A stretch of DNA of 64,000 bases from the human T2T-CHM13v2.0 reference genome, Homo sapiens, in assembly GCF_009914755.1 (NCBI RefSeq), contig NC_060933.1. One strand, 5' to 3'. Numbering within the stretch: position 1 is the first letter of the stretch; the number at the start of each line of letters is the position of its first letter. Below the pieces are notes generated by a model. It searched no databases. It had not been told where the DNA came from and was given only the letters and a program-made list of their open reading frames with translations. A program made the position numbers and the translations under genes. Below, in pieces: positions 49,939 to 64,000 of this stretch.

Positions 49939-50243
49939 CTATGACACCAAAGGGTTTCATGTCCTGGGTAGGAATCAATAAGATCAGTGCTGAATTCAAC
50001 TTCTTCTTCTAGAAGATGGGGAAGATTAATCCTTGGTTCTTCTGTTGAAACTGCTGCTTCTTCATCTTTTGGAGGAACTAGGGCTGGCTCACTTCTCAAA
50101 GGATTTTGCTCCATCACAGAACTGTCTATCACAGTTTGGCTAATCAAAGACTTAAGCAAAAACTGGCGGTAGTGAAATCCACTGTGGTCTGAAACGTGCA
50201 TAGATGCCCAATGTTTAGTAGAAGATAGTTCATCAAGAAGAAT
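49939..50243 (-). CDS. PTAR1: PTAR1 coding exon (probably exon 6), 305 nt: ILLDELSSTKHWASMHVSDHSGFHYRQFLL...YPGHETLWCH(R)
   Basis: Overlaps ORF 49935..50201(-). Pyrimidine tract plus AAAAG|ATT acceptor, donor AG|GTAAGA. Repeat motifs SDHSGFHYR and PGHETLWCHR. Confidence 0.96.
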
Positions 50244-51877
50244 CTTTTAAGAAGAAAAAAGGGAAGTAAGAAGAAGAGTTCCCAAAGGTTCTTCTTTCTC
50301 CATTATCGCCTCTGATTTCTCTTTGATTTGTTCCTTTTTTGACAAGACCATTCTTACCAATATTTTGTACACAATGTCTAGCACAGTGCTCTCACTTAGT
50401 GGAAGCTTAATACATGCGAATTTTCTCTTTCCCATATAAAAGTGATAGATTTTTTTTTAAGACTAAAGAATTTAAGGACTCATTTGTCATCCTTTCCCTA
50501 GACCTTGACTACTCACATTCTGATTGGTACACACAGAGAAGGAAAATAAAATTCTAAAATAATGATGAGCATTAGGGTATTCATTTACAAGTAATGCTGA
50601 CGTAAAAGCAAAAATATAAACTCAGATTACTTTGATATAAACTTTATTTTACATTTAATAAATGTGTATAATATGTAACTTATTATCTCTACAATAGGCT
50701 CAGTGAAATTATTTGTTCTTCAATATAAATGTCATGAGGGCAGAGACCGTGTCTGTCTTGCTCACTACTTAATTATAAGGGATTAGTAGAAAAACATGAT
50801 GCACTAATAATAAGATTTTTTCAAGAGCTCGTGACTTTAACTGTCTCAAACTTACTTAACAGTAATAATAAATGGGTTTTAAAATAACTGAAAATTCAGC
50901 AGCAAATTGTTTAAATCTTTGTGATACCAATATCTTGCAAACTAAAGAATTTCAAATGAAATGATTTTTTAAAAAGCAGCACCTATGCAAAAATAATTTA
51001 TTTGAGAGTGTCTTGGACAGGTCGCAAACATAAATCAGTGAAAGGTATATCAAGTGCCTACCACGTTCCGTCAGAGGATTTTCAGACCAGCTAAGGAAAA
51101 AAGACATACATTTGTGAACAGTTAACAATACAGACAGCATAATGCTGAATGACACCTTTACCTGTTTGTCAAAGGTCCCAGGCAAATGCCTTCTCCTGTA
51201 CCATGATCTTTTTTCCATTTCTTACACCATTTTTCTTCCGTGGGAATCTTTCCTTTTGCTGAACCCCCATAGTACTTATGTATTCCATCACATTTATTAA
51301 AGAATTTCAGTGCATCTCTTCATTCTCATTAAACTCAGTGAGTGAGGGCTTTAAGATATTTATTCATTCCTATCTGATACTTCAATCCCCCTATACCTAC
51401 TGACATCAAAGTGGATACATAAATATTTTATGAAATGAATGAACAATTTAATAAATAAGGCAAATAGTAAGATTACTTCCAGCCAAGATAGTCAAGTTGT
51501 ATCAGTGATATGTTTTAAACATCTCCTTTAAGTTCCAATGAGTTTATTCATAGCCACCTAAATTTATTCCAGAGGCTATAGCTGGCAAGTATCTGAGAAA
51601 TGGAAAACAGTATCTTTATTTGATTTTAAAAGGTGAAGAAAAATAGCACCAGATAAACTCCTACCTGAAATAAAAATCAATCTTACATTTATTACATTTT
51701 TGAAAAATAAACCTGTAGAACATTCTGGCTATAATACAGCAGCTTTTTTATTTTGGCATGGCTTCTTAACATGGATTGAAAAGAGTACTCCACTTATTTA
51801 AAATGAACTTATATAATATGAAAACATTTAGATTATTTCTAACTGGATATTTCTATGTATAAAATTGCAGTTTATTA

Positions 51878-52249
<372 letters not shown>

Positions 52250-53569
52250 TTAAAAAAATTCTTAGGCTTTTAAAGAGAAAATCCACTATATTCTTTTCCC
52301 TAAGATATAAAGATGCATATTAGAAACTTTAACTGGAATTTCAGGGTATTCTCTTGTTAGAATAAAAAGATATAAAGATAGAGGCAATGATTTTTTTAAA
52401 AAAGACAGCAATTACTTTTAAGTGATCCAGTTAACTTTTAAGTGATCTAAAGATACTATATGAAGATATGGCTTTAATGTACAGTACTGATGGGATAAAT
52501 GACCTTCGTATGATATACGTTAAATATCTTTCTTTTCCTACTTCCATATGAAAACATGAATAAGTGAATAAATAAACTACAAGAAAACTGCAAATGCAGG
52601 GCTATGAAAAAGAGGGATAACGTGCTAAAAATGAAAGACTACTAAAAATACATATGCCATAGGTCCTTTAAACTTTTAAAAATAGTATTTGGGTTTTCTT
52701 CTGATTATAAAAGTGATACAAAATGATCAATATAGAAAATTCCAATAATATGGGAAAATATAAAAAAGCAAACAAAAATCATCCATTATTTTGTTGGCCA
52801 GAGATCACTACTTGTAACATTCTGGCAGAAAACAAATCTTTCAGGTTTTTTTCTATGTATGCACATGCACAGAGTTTATTTTTAAGAAAAATCTGGGATA
52901 TTCTTTTGTACCAATTTTATTCTACTTCAATTATAAATACATTCCTATGGCATTAAATATTATTCTATAATTTTTAACTCGTAAAATATTTCACCCTCAA
53001 GATTAACAGAATTTAACCATTCCTGTGTTTGTTTCTACTCTTGTATAAGTAACACTCATAAATAAATCTATGTACATATCTAATTATTTAGGAGAAATTT
53101 GTAGAAATATACTTGCTGGAACAAAGAAAAAAACTTTATAAAGTTCTTGATATATAAAGTGTCCTGCAGAAAGACTGTATAATTTATACTCCTATTGGAA
53201 GTACATGTTAATGCTTATTTCCTAAATTCATCATCAATACTTTAATCTTCACTAATAAGAATCACATTTCATTTTAATTTACATTTCCTTAATTATCATT
53301 AAGCCTAAATATCTTTTCTTGTGTGATTACTTTTCCTTTGTTTCTTCATTTATGAACTGCCTATTTTGCCTAATTCTCTACTTTTATGAATTATCTAATT
53401 TACTATTTGTGATAGTCATTATTTTTCTTACGAGTTTGTAAGAGGTCTTTACATATTAAAGATATTAAGTCTCTATTTGTCATATGTGTTATAAATATTA
53501 TTTTCGATATATTACTGCAACTGATTTTTTAAATTCTTTTTTTTTTTTTAAAGATTGGGAGTCAAGTAA

Positions 53570-54060
53570 AATTCTTTTTTTTCTTTTCTCCCTCAGGTCT
53601 ATTGAAGAAGTATAAATGACAAATTAAAATTGTGTATATACACACACACACACACACACACACGTATACACACACATATATATATACGATGTACGACATA
53701 TTGTTTTTATGTATACACTGTGAAATGATTACCACCATCAAGTGAATTAACTTATCTATCACCTCACATAAGTATTTTATTTTTTGTGGTAAGAACATTT
53801 AAGATAACGCTCTTAGAAATCTTTGGGTATACATTATTAACAGTAATTACCATGTTCTACCATTAGACCTCCAGAACTTACTCATCCTAACGGAAACTTT
53901 GTACCCTTTAACCAGCAACTCCCTGTTCCCCACCACAACCCCTACTCCTGCAATCACCATTCTACTATTTCCATGAGTTCAACTTGTTTAGAGTCCACCT
54001 ACAAGTGACACCATGCAATATTTATCCTTCTGCGCTTGGCTTATTTCACTTAGCATAATG
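53570..54060 (-). mobile_element. L1MA/MB 3'-end fragment containing (CA)n/(TA)n
   Basis: ACCATTCTACT..TTCCATGAGTTCAAC and TGGCTTATTTCACTTAGCATAATG L1 3' motifs. Confidence 0.8.
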
Positions 54061-54469
54061 TGAGTCTCTTTTCTTCATATAGGTTTTTATTCCATTTAAA
54101 GTTCAATTTGGTATTTAAGATTAAAAAAAAAAACCACCTAACTTTCTATTTTCTAAAAAGTCAATAAATTTTACCAGCATCACAAATTGAACAGGGAATC
54201 CTTTCTCTAATTATGTGAAATGCCATATTCATCATTAATGAAATATGTACATATTATGTATTGGAATTTGTTTCTGGACTTTATATTCTGTTCCATTACT
54301 GAGTCTATTTTTGAAATAGCATCACAATTTTAATTACTCTGTCTTATTAATAAACATGTAAGTATCTAATGGTAGAGTGTTCTTTATTGTTTTTCCCAAC
54401 AATTCCTCAGCTATTCTTTAAGCTTTATTCTAATGTACTTTAGAATCATTTTTGAAGTGAAAAAATAAA

Positions 54470-55250
54470 TCAGTGGTTTTTAATATATTCACAGAATTGT
54501 GCAACCATTGCTCTTATCTAATTTCTAATGTTTTCACCACCCCCACAAAACCCCATTCCTATTAGAAGTTACATCCCATTCCCTCCTCCCCAGCCTCTGG
54601 CACCCACTAACCTGCTTTGACTATTCTGAACATGTTATATAAATGAAATCATACAATATGTGGCCTTGAATCTGACTGCTTTCAATCAGCATGTTTTCAA
54701 GGTTCATCCACGTTATAGCATGTATCAGTATTTCCTTCCTTTTTTATGGCCAATGTTCTATTGCATGGATACGCCACATTTTGTTTTCCATTCCTCAGGT
54801 GAGGTATTATTTTTTGGCTATTATAAATAATATGGCTATTAATGTTCTCATACAAGATTTGGTATGGAATGTGTTTTCACTTCTCTTGGGTATATACCTA
54901 GGAGCAGAATTACAGGGTCATATATGGTAATGCATGTTTTTCTCCAAGAATATGATATATATTAACTATAGTTTTATTAATATATAGTGATTCTATGTTT
55001 AATTATTTGAGGAAATGCCAAACTGCTTTCCACAGTGGCTGTACCATTTTACATTCTTACCAGCCATAAATAAGAGTTTCAGTTTCTCCACATCCTAACC
55101 AACATTTGTTATTGTCCGTATTTTGGTGTGAAGTGGTATCTCACTCCCTGTGGTTTTGCTTTGCATTTCCCTAATAGTAAAGATGGTGAATATCTTTTCA
55201 TGTCCTTATTGGTGGTGTGGGTAGGTTTTTTGGAGAAATGACTATATGTG
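54470..55250 (-). mobile_element. L1MB-class 3' fragment
   Basis: TTTTCAAGGTTCATCCA, GGGTATATACCTAGGAG and TGAGGAA.TGCCAAACTG motifs. Confidence 0.8.
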
Positions 55251-55606
55251 CTTTTTTTATGTGAAACTTGTAATTTGCCAGTAGTAATAAACTGCCTGAC
55301 TGTGAATCTTTCCTGCCACACTACCCTCAAATATAAAAATATTTTAAAATTTACTTAAATGTTTATTTAAGCATGCAGACATCAGAGAGAACATAAAATA
55401 GAAAATTAGTGTCATAATTCCACCCTATACTACTTTTAATCAATCTTTATTCTTTAACCTTTTTCTGACTAGAAAACAAATATATGCTTTTATAAAAAAT
55501 ACAAGAAAAAAATCTATAGCATTGTTGTGTGTATGTATTACTATCTGTTCAGCATTTACCATGTGCCAAGCACTGTTTCAAACACTTTAAAGTATTTGCT
55601 GTCTCA

Positions 55607-55990
<384 letters not shown>

Positions 55991-56144
55991 TTAAATCATC
56001 TTCCAAAATATACATTTTAGTCATAACAAAATATTCCAATGTGATGGATTGTAATCTAACAATTCCCTCATTATTGAAGGGCTACAGCTTTTCTAGTTTT
56101 TCACTACTATAAATGCTACTTTTATATATCAAACTTCTATATTT

Positions 56145-56390
56145 AATAGCCAGTGTTTATTGAGCACTTAATTAAGGCACTTTGATAGCCACTTTATATG
56201 AATCCTCCCTTTCAATTTGCATCACTCAGTGAGATGGGAATTATTGTCACCCTCCTTTTCCGGATGAGAAAACTGAAGGTTGAAGAGGCTAAGCAACTTC
56301 CTCAAGGCTACACAGCAAATTGGTGGTAAAGCCAGAATGCAAAGCAGGTCTGCATGACCACTGAGTGAAGCTTCTAATCATTCTACCATA
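56145..56390 (-). mobile_element. MIR
   Basis: TTTATTGAGCACTTA...GATGAGAAAACTGA...TAAGCAACTT.CTCAAGG core. Confidence 0.75.
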
Positions 56391-58159
56391 CTTCATCTTC
56401 CATTATTTCTTTATGATGAATTCCTGGAAGCAGAACTCTTAAAAATAACACCCTATTTTTAAAAGTGTGATAAGTGCTGCCATGTTGCCCTTCAGTAAGC
56501 TTATAACAATTTGAATAATGCTCATTTTCATACTCTTACTAATACTCGATGCCAGCACTTTAAAAAGTCATTTTCAATTTCCTAAGTTAAAAAATGCTGG
56601 CTCATTTCATATATATTTTTAAGCTGATTTAGACTACTGGTATTTTTGTGATTACCTCCTGTAACAGACAAAGCATAGTAGTAAATGTTCTAGGTGGGCC
56701 CAATGGCTTATAACAACAGAAAGGGGATTTTGCAAATTTAGGACTCCTCACTGACAACAAGAGCAAGAGATGTTGCAGTGGCAAGTGGTGAATGGAAGAA
56801 TGGTAAGTCTTCCTCCAAGGGCGGGTCAAGGAAGGATGATGACATCTGAACCCAGGAGTGGACCCTGGCAGCTGAGCTCACCATTAATGAGTTATAACTC
56901 ACCATTAATGAGTTATCTTTACCACCAGATGGTCTCAAGTAACCAAAAATTTCACTTTGGCCCCTTGTTCCTGATTTTATGGAAATGCCACTTGTAAAGG
57001 TCCACATCATGGCAGAAAAATTTCCAAAGATCTCTCAGTCAACCTGGACTCCGCCTTCCTTTTTATCCCCAATCCTCCCCATATCTCTTTCCTCTTCCCA
57101 CACACTATCAAGTCATGGATCTGAGATGACCACCAAGCACTCCATATCCCTGACAACCCACCAAACAACTTGTAATCATGCCTCCCAACTCAATGTATCT
57201 TCCTTCCCCCGGCAGCTATTTCCAACGAGCGCATCCTAGATGAAGAACGATTTTTCTGTGCTCCCATTGTATTCTGATGCTTTGTAATTGTTGGTCTACT
57301 TTCTCAACTAGATTTTCAATTTGTTGAGAGCAAACACTTTGTTTTACTGCGTATACAGGACAGTCGGTGGGTATGATAGGGTTTTATACTTTTTCATCAA
57401 TAAATTGCACGGAGTTGATCAAGCAAACTGGTAGCCAATTTTCTATCTCTGGAGAACAGAGAAAGGAACTAAAATCGAGTGAATCTCTCTCTATTAGATG
57501 CCCAGTAATTTACATCCATTAACTCAATTAACTCTCACAATAATCCACTGAGGCAGACAGTAGAGTCCCTATTTTATAAATGAAAACAATAAAACCTTGC
57601 TTTCCACATATAGGTAGTGGGGCCAAAATCTGAACCTAGGTTGATGTGATTCTGAGCCTTGGTTCTTTCTATTCCATTAGGCGGCCACCCCTCCTGAAAC
57701 TCAAAGCCATGTAAACTGAATGGGGAAGGCTTCTCTTCCAGAATTATTGGCTTAAAATCCTCTGAAAGTAAAAAGTCTCCCATTTGCCCTGGCCAGGAAA
57801 CAAAGAGAGAAATGGGAGCATGGGAAGAGGGATGTAGGAAGAAGAGGGTGGTAAGTTAAAATTACATAACACTTCCCCACTTATCTGAAAGCATCACCTG
57901 GGGCACTTCAATCTTCAACTTGACCTCTTTTAACTGTCTCAAGCCTGAGAAGCTTTTTAGATGAGCACCCTAGATTCTTATGGCACTGTGACGCCATCAG
58001 AAAAGAAAAAACTGAGATACCGTAGTATATAAGGAGCAAAAGGGACATGTGGCTCTCATTCTGATGAATAATAAGTGGTACAACTGTAGCTAAGTCTAAG
58101 CCATTAAAATTCTCTGGAAATCTCCATCTCCTCATTTCTAAACTGAAAGGATTAGGCTG

Positions 58160-58313
58160 TGAGAGTTTCCAAACTGGCTCTGCATTCAAATAACCCTGAG
58201 TCAGTGGAAAATACTGATCTCTAGATCCACCCTCATTCTGCTTTAGTAGGCTTGGAGTGGAACTTAGGAATCCCCAGGTAATTTATAGGCTCAGCCAATT
58301 TTAAAAACACCTG
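58160..58313. mobile_element. MER5-type hAT MITE
   Basis: GTTTCCAAACT...CCCCAGGTAATT...AAAACACCTG; degenerate. Confidence 0.55.
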
Positions 58314-58743
58314 GGTGAGATTGTCTATCCCTGCCCTCCTCTCCCCCTTTTCAGAGGACGAGAGTGTGAAAAGACAGCCGCTGACTTAGTATATTGTCAC
58401 ATAACCAAACACTACCAAGAAATAGCAATTCCAGTTCTATAAGGCTTAATAATCCCTTCCTGTTTCAGGATAAAGTGAGTTATGCTCAATCTTCCTCAGT
58501 TGGTTAAACCTGCCTTGCTTTACCAATGCACTAGCCTTAAGACTGCCAAAAACAGCACTAGTGGGGAATGCAAGCTTTTTATTTAATTACAGGGTTCCTC
58601 CAGAGGTAGCAGCTGTTGCGATTCTCTCAAGTTGCCAGACCATCAGTTTCTCTACTCCTTCAAAGCTCTTCTGAGAATGAACTACTACCAGAAGATTTTA
58701 AGGGCAGACAGGCAGTCTGCCCAGGAGACAGTAATATTCCTAC

Positions 58744-58957
58744 CTTGACATCTAGCTTGGCCAAGTGCTGTAAAACCCAGATGCGATGGGACCAAGCATT
58801 ATAGTTGCTTGGGTATCTCCCTGCTGCTTCACCACAGACCTCCATCTCTTCTTGTATGAGTCGCTGTGCCCTTTCTGTGGGAATTGTTCCCAAGTTTCCT
58901 TTGGTCACAAAGGAAGGCAAGGAGGTTTCCTGAATTAGCTGTTGTAGCACCCATCGC
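58744..58957 (-). CDS. PTAR1: PTAR1 coding exon (probably exon 5), 214 nt: RWVLQQLIQETSLPSFVTKG...YPSNYNAWSHRIWVLQHLAKLDVK
   Basis: Lies within ORF 58660..58950(-). Acceptor ttaaCAG|G, donor AAG|GTAGGA. Contains the PFTA repeat motif PSNYNAWSHR. Confidence 0.96.
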
Positions 58958-60419
58958 CTGTTAAGGCAGCATGTGGGAAAGAGAACACAGAAAGAACATA
59001 AACCAGAGAGAAAAATAACCAGTTTTCATTGTTCCTAATTTAATTTCCATTCAGAGACAATGCAAAATAATACCTGTTTATAAGTCTAGTATTTTGGAGA
59101 TGGGGAGGGGTTGTTTTGTTGTTTATGATGATACTAATTTAGCAGTATGGATGAAGGGTGGAAAATGGATAAACAGGAAAAAAAAAAAACTTTAAAATCT
59201 GTAATACAGAGAATGTCATTACTTCTAAAATGACAATCCCAAAACTCCACTTGGCCAGGAAATGTAAAGGCAATTGGTGTGTGTGTGTGTGGTCGTGGTG
59301 AGAGGTCATAAATTAATGGCTGATAAATATTATAAGGAGTCATGATTCACATCTTTAAGTATATATGCATGCCTCACCCTATGTGCATTTGTTTGCAAAC
59401 AAGAAGCTGCATTCTGATAGCTTTCATTCAGCAAAATTCTGTATTATAGCATAAAATCTGGAAGGTAACAAATATAATTCATTAAACCATTAAGAAGGTG
59501 TCAAAATATCCTTATCCACAAATTCTCCCTTTGTCTGTTTAAGATTTGCATTAACATGTATTTACATAAAAAACACTAAATAGTGTTTCGAGCTACTTAA
59601 TGTGTTTACTTTGTACCAGTAATTTACTTATATAAAAGCATTTTTTAGACTAAAGATTTCAAACCCAAAGGTACAGGAAATTAAGTAAGAAAACTCACTT
59701 TGTCATTTTAAAATAATGGAATTTCTTATTTAACAACAAAATATTGCTTGATAAAAAAAATTAGACAAGCCAAACTGATGGATGCATATTTAACAGTTCC
59801 TTTCCCCTGCCACCATCCCTTTCCAAACCCCCATACACACAGTCATATACCCTTCTGTGGTATACTATCTCAATTTCTGGTGATGAAGAAAATATAACTG
59901 ACTATGTGGTTTGGAAGAAGCTGACCTGCAATGTTAACTAAAGGCACGATTACCACTAAGACACCTGGAACGGACATAAGATCCTAAAAATGCCCACGAT
60001 TTAAGAAAAATTAGAGTGGCTTAATAAACTGAGAATTTCAGAGTGACTTCTTCATTGGTCCTGACTAGCAAGCCCACACCATCCCATTTTGGTCAAATAA
60101 GAGTAGTTACACAGGGTCCAAGAGGAAGATGGTTCCAGGTGGCCAGGATTTTGAGAGTCCTAAAGTGCATTCTGGCTATCTGTCCCATGCTTTTAACCTA
60201 AAAATGTTCTTTGTATGTATGGATTTTAGCAACTTTAGCTCAGCCTACACAGCATTCGCTTCAGCTGCCCTCAGCTTTCTCTGTAAGTTAATTTTAATAA
60301 CCACAACCATCACCACCAACATCTTTACCAGGAAAACAACCAAATGCTTTTAAAATCCATATTGCTCATTACAGTTGAGTATCTATAAATGCAATGCCCA
60401 CAACTGCTTCAAAGAGTTA

Positions 60420-60670
60420 ATAATAGCTAACGTTTATTGAGTATTTAATATGTGCCAGGCACTGTGGGAGTGTTACATGCATTAACTCACGTAAACTTGA
60501 CTGTTAACTATATGAGACAGGTGTAATTATTATTCTCATTTTACAAATGAGAAAACTGAGGCTTGGTGAGTTAAGTAATTTCCCATGAACACTTAGGTAG
60601 CAAGTTATATAGCTCCTAGATTTAAATGTAGGTAACCTGACTTCAGAATTCATGCTCTGGAACCAATAAG
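60420..60670 (-). mobile_element. MIR
   Basis: ATAGCTAAC.TTTATTGAG...ATTTTACAAATGAGAAAACTGAGGC...GTTAAGTAA core. Confidence 0.85.
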
Positions 60671-60754
60671 TAACCTTGCCTCTCACATGTCATGTTTCTT
60701 TCTCCAGCCAGTCTGAATCCTAAGTAAGAGTACTATGTTGTAAATTAACCACAC

Positions 60755-60859
60755 CTGTGAATCCATGTTTCTGGACTCTTTGGAAACTTGGTTAAGGCGA
60801 GTTTTCCCAGATGTAAATCCTTAATTGGATTTAAAGTGCCAGAGAGGATCAGCTCTTTC
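60755..60859 (-). CDS. PTAR1: PTAR1 internal coding exon (probably exon 4), 105 nt, phase 2-2: (R)KELILSGTLNPIKDLHLGKLALTKFPKSPETWIH(R)
   Basis: Hand translation of the minus strand. Acceptor is T30-ACAG|G, donor is AG|GTGTGG. Peptide is one prenyltransferase alpha (PFTA) repeat (PKSPETWIHR) and joins in frame to the next exon. Confidence 0.95.
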
Positions 60860-60860
60860 C

Positions 60861-60863
<3 letters not shown>

Positions 60864-60893
<30 letters not shown>
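60864..60893 (-). repeat. T30 mononucleotide tract forming the polypyrimidine tract of the 105 nt exon
   Basis: 30 consecutive A on the + strand, 1 nt from the CAG acceptor. Confidence 0.9.
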
Positions 60894-60895
<2 letters not shown>

Positions 60896-61826
60896 AAACA
60901 TTACTTTATCCTTATATCCAAAGGTTCTACATGGCTTTTAATATAATCTCATTGTGAAGCGAATGTCTAAGAATTTTAAAACAAAAAAAGAAAGAAAAAA
61001 AGCCCAAGCCACTCTGGGATATAAAACACTCATAAATGTGACATGCAGTAATCAAGAATGTATTCTCATAATCCCAATATAACAAACTAATAAGCAGAAA
61101 GAGAAGCTCTTAAATCAACAGATTTTAACGATTTTTAAATCTTAACTATTTGCGTGAGGGTAAATGGGGTTTTCTGGCCTATCTCATTTCCAAAAGTTGT
61201 GAGACCTGATATCGTACCTATAGGGCCAATCCAATACCAGCCAAAATTGGTCCAGTTTCCTAAATAGGACTTGACATGGTCTATTTCATTACAAAACCAC
61301 ACATACAACAAACACAATATGGTTGAGATGTAAGGGAAAAAAAAATCATTCATGGAATCACTATTCTAACCAAATTACTATTTTTTATTTTTGAATTTTC
61401 CCTTCTACTTTTCCCTATCACACATACATTTTAACATATAATTTTACATCCTGCTCTCATTATATCTTAAGAATTTCCCCATGATTCTATATAATCTTTG
61501 TAATGAACATTTTAAATGATCAAATTAGTTTTCATTTAGAAGCTATGCTTTTCCCTTCTTGTTAGACATTTAGGTTGCGTCAAACTTTTTGTTATTTTAA
61601 AACAAATCTGGGCAGGGGAAGCTTTGTGCTTATAACTTCTTTCTTTTGTATTCTTACTTTGGATAAGTTTCCAAAAGAGCTATTAACAAGGTAAAATACT
61701 TACATGACCCTTGATATACGAGGCCATTCCTTTTTAAAATATTAATATAAGCAGCAGAAGTAATAGCAATGTAATGTTTTGGTTGTTTTTAAAACTGTTC
61801 AAGCCCAACCAAAGCTTCAATGCAAT

Positions 61827-62154
61827 CAGTTGTCCCTTGGTATCTTGTGGGGGCTTGGTTCAGGACCTCCCAAGGATACCAAAATCTGCGAATGCTCAAG
61901 TCCTTGATATAAAATGTGTTGCCATATAACCTACACACATCCTCCCATATACTTCATATCATCTCTAGATTACTTATAATACCTAATACAATGTAAATGC
62001 TATATAAATAGTTGTTACATTATTCAGGGACTAATGATAGGAAAACAAAGTCTGAACATGTTCGCTACAGAAAGCAATTTTTTCCCCAAATATTTTCTAT
62101 CTGCGGTTGGTTGAATCCATGGATGCAGAACCTACAGATACAGAGGGCCAACTA
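61827..62154 (+). mobile_element. MER2 (TcMar-Tigger MITE)
   Basis: CAGTTGTCCCTTGGTATC...GGATACCAAAATC...GGTTGAATCC..GGATGCAGAACC...GAGGGCCAACT. Confidence 0.88.
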
Positions 62155-62724
62155 TATAAAGAATGTCATGCAAGAGCTTTCTATACCTGTTTCTCAGGTA
62201 AATACAATTTACATTTAATTTCTCAGGTAAGTTTTTGATAAGTGCTGATATTACACTCTCACTGAATTCTCAATGTATCTATAATTTTATAATAAAATCA
62301 GATCATTTGTTATTATTTATCTTAAAATGTCCTTCCTGTGTAGGGCTGATTATTCATTTATTTTAGAGAAGTTTAAGCCAGAGAAAACCAGAATCCAGCT
62401 CTTATACCATATCTACTTAGACGGACTTAATTCCTAAATACCACAATACATTTTCTTTCCAACAGTGACATACTATTTATAAAGTTTTATTTGATAAAGA
62501 AAACAACTATTTTCCTTTCAATGTTCAGGAAACCAATTTGTCATTATATATATATAATATATATATAAAATATATATTTTTTTCTTGCAACAGCCAATTG
62601 CTTTTGCAGTCTTGGATTATTTTTCTTCTGAAATCAGTAACATTTTGTTCATACAGTAAGTCAGGATACCTATAAAGTAAAAGGAGGAAAATATTGCTCT
62701 ATGTAATTTTAACCACGTTTGAAA

Positions 62725-63178
<454 letters not shown>

Positions 63179-63697
63179 TATAATGAATTTATTGTATTAT
63201 GCTTAATTTCCATTTCATAAATTTAAGACCTCTTATTATTTATAACTGTCTACCTTTATTCCCATATATATCCATATATAAGGGGAGATAATCAAAATTT
63301 TCTTCAAAAAAGAGGCAGTTACCCTACAACTGAGTTTTGACAAAGTTTCTTAAATTATGGGCACTCTCTTTTGCAACCACTGCGGTACAGAATTTTAAAA
63401 AAAGAAAAAGAAAAAAATGGGGACTCCGTTAATATCTTTATTTTGAATTAAGCAGCATTTTTGGGAAGACATCTTAGCTTGAAACAACCTCAATCAATGT
63501 TAATATATGGACACTGAAAAAGATCACCTGATGGAATCAAGCAAAATTTTAATATCAATGTAATAAACATTGCTAGGGGTAGTACTGAACATTTGTAGGT
63601 GTTGGATATTGCTGAAACAAGTTTTTCAAAAATCACTTTAAGAGGAAATATGATATGTGGTAACATTAACAGCAATCACATAATCTAGTGCTATATA

Positions 63698-63989
<292 letters not shown>

Positions 63990-64000
63990 TAGAGCTACAT

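Noticed and set aside
56629-57239. Cluster of overlapping short ORFs as a possible pseudogene or hidden exon
   Set aside because: No recognisable protein similarity, poly(A) tail or TSD, and PTAR1 exon phases join without it. Probably unique or ancient-repeat DNA.
58660-58743. ORF extension VGILLSPGQ... after LDVK
   Set aside because: It lies past a good AAG|GTAGGA donor and is intronic read-through.

Overview
This is primate (almost certainly human) genomic DNA, not prokaryotic. The right half holds the 3' part of PTAR1 (prenyltransferase alpha-subunit repeat protein, the GGTase-III alpha subunit) on the minus strand. Five coding exons are visible (60859-60755, 58957-58744, 50243-49939, 45298-45264, 45182-44956), followed by a probable ~8.8 kb repeat-poor 3' UTR ending near 36,140. 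The 5' exons lie beyond the right edge. The left ~34 kb is intergenic and saturated with Alu, L1, MaLR-LTR and DNA-transposon fossils; nearly all ORFs in the supplied track are repeat-derived or random. Most notable observations: (1) an L1PA3-like insertion with both a twin-priming 5' inversion and a ~144 bp 3' transduction inside one perfect 16 bp TSD; (2) an 81 nt in-frame, stop-free last PTAR1 intron (exitron-like) that also ends in a NAGNAG acceptor; (3) PTAR1 introns placed at the same Arg of the repeat motif, which makes symmetric exon blocks and a possible stop-free 624 nt circle; (4) a tail-less Alu with a TSD and an AluY/AluJ chimera; (5) a near full-length intronic Tigger1. I see no wholly new multi-gene system. 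Repeat subfamily names come from remembered consensus sequences and need RepeatMasker/Dfam confirmation.
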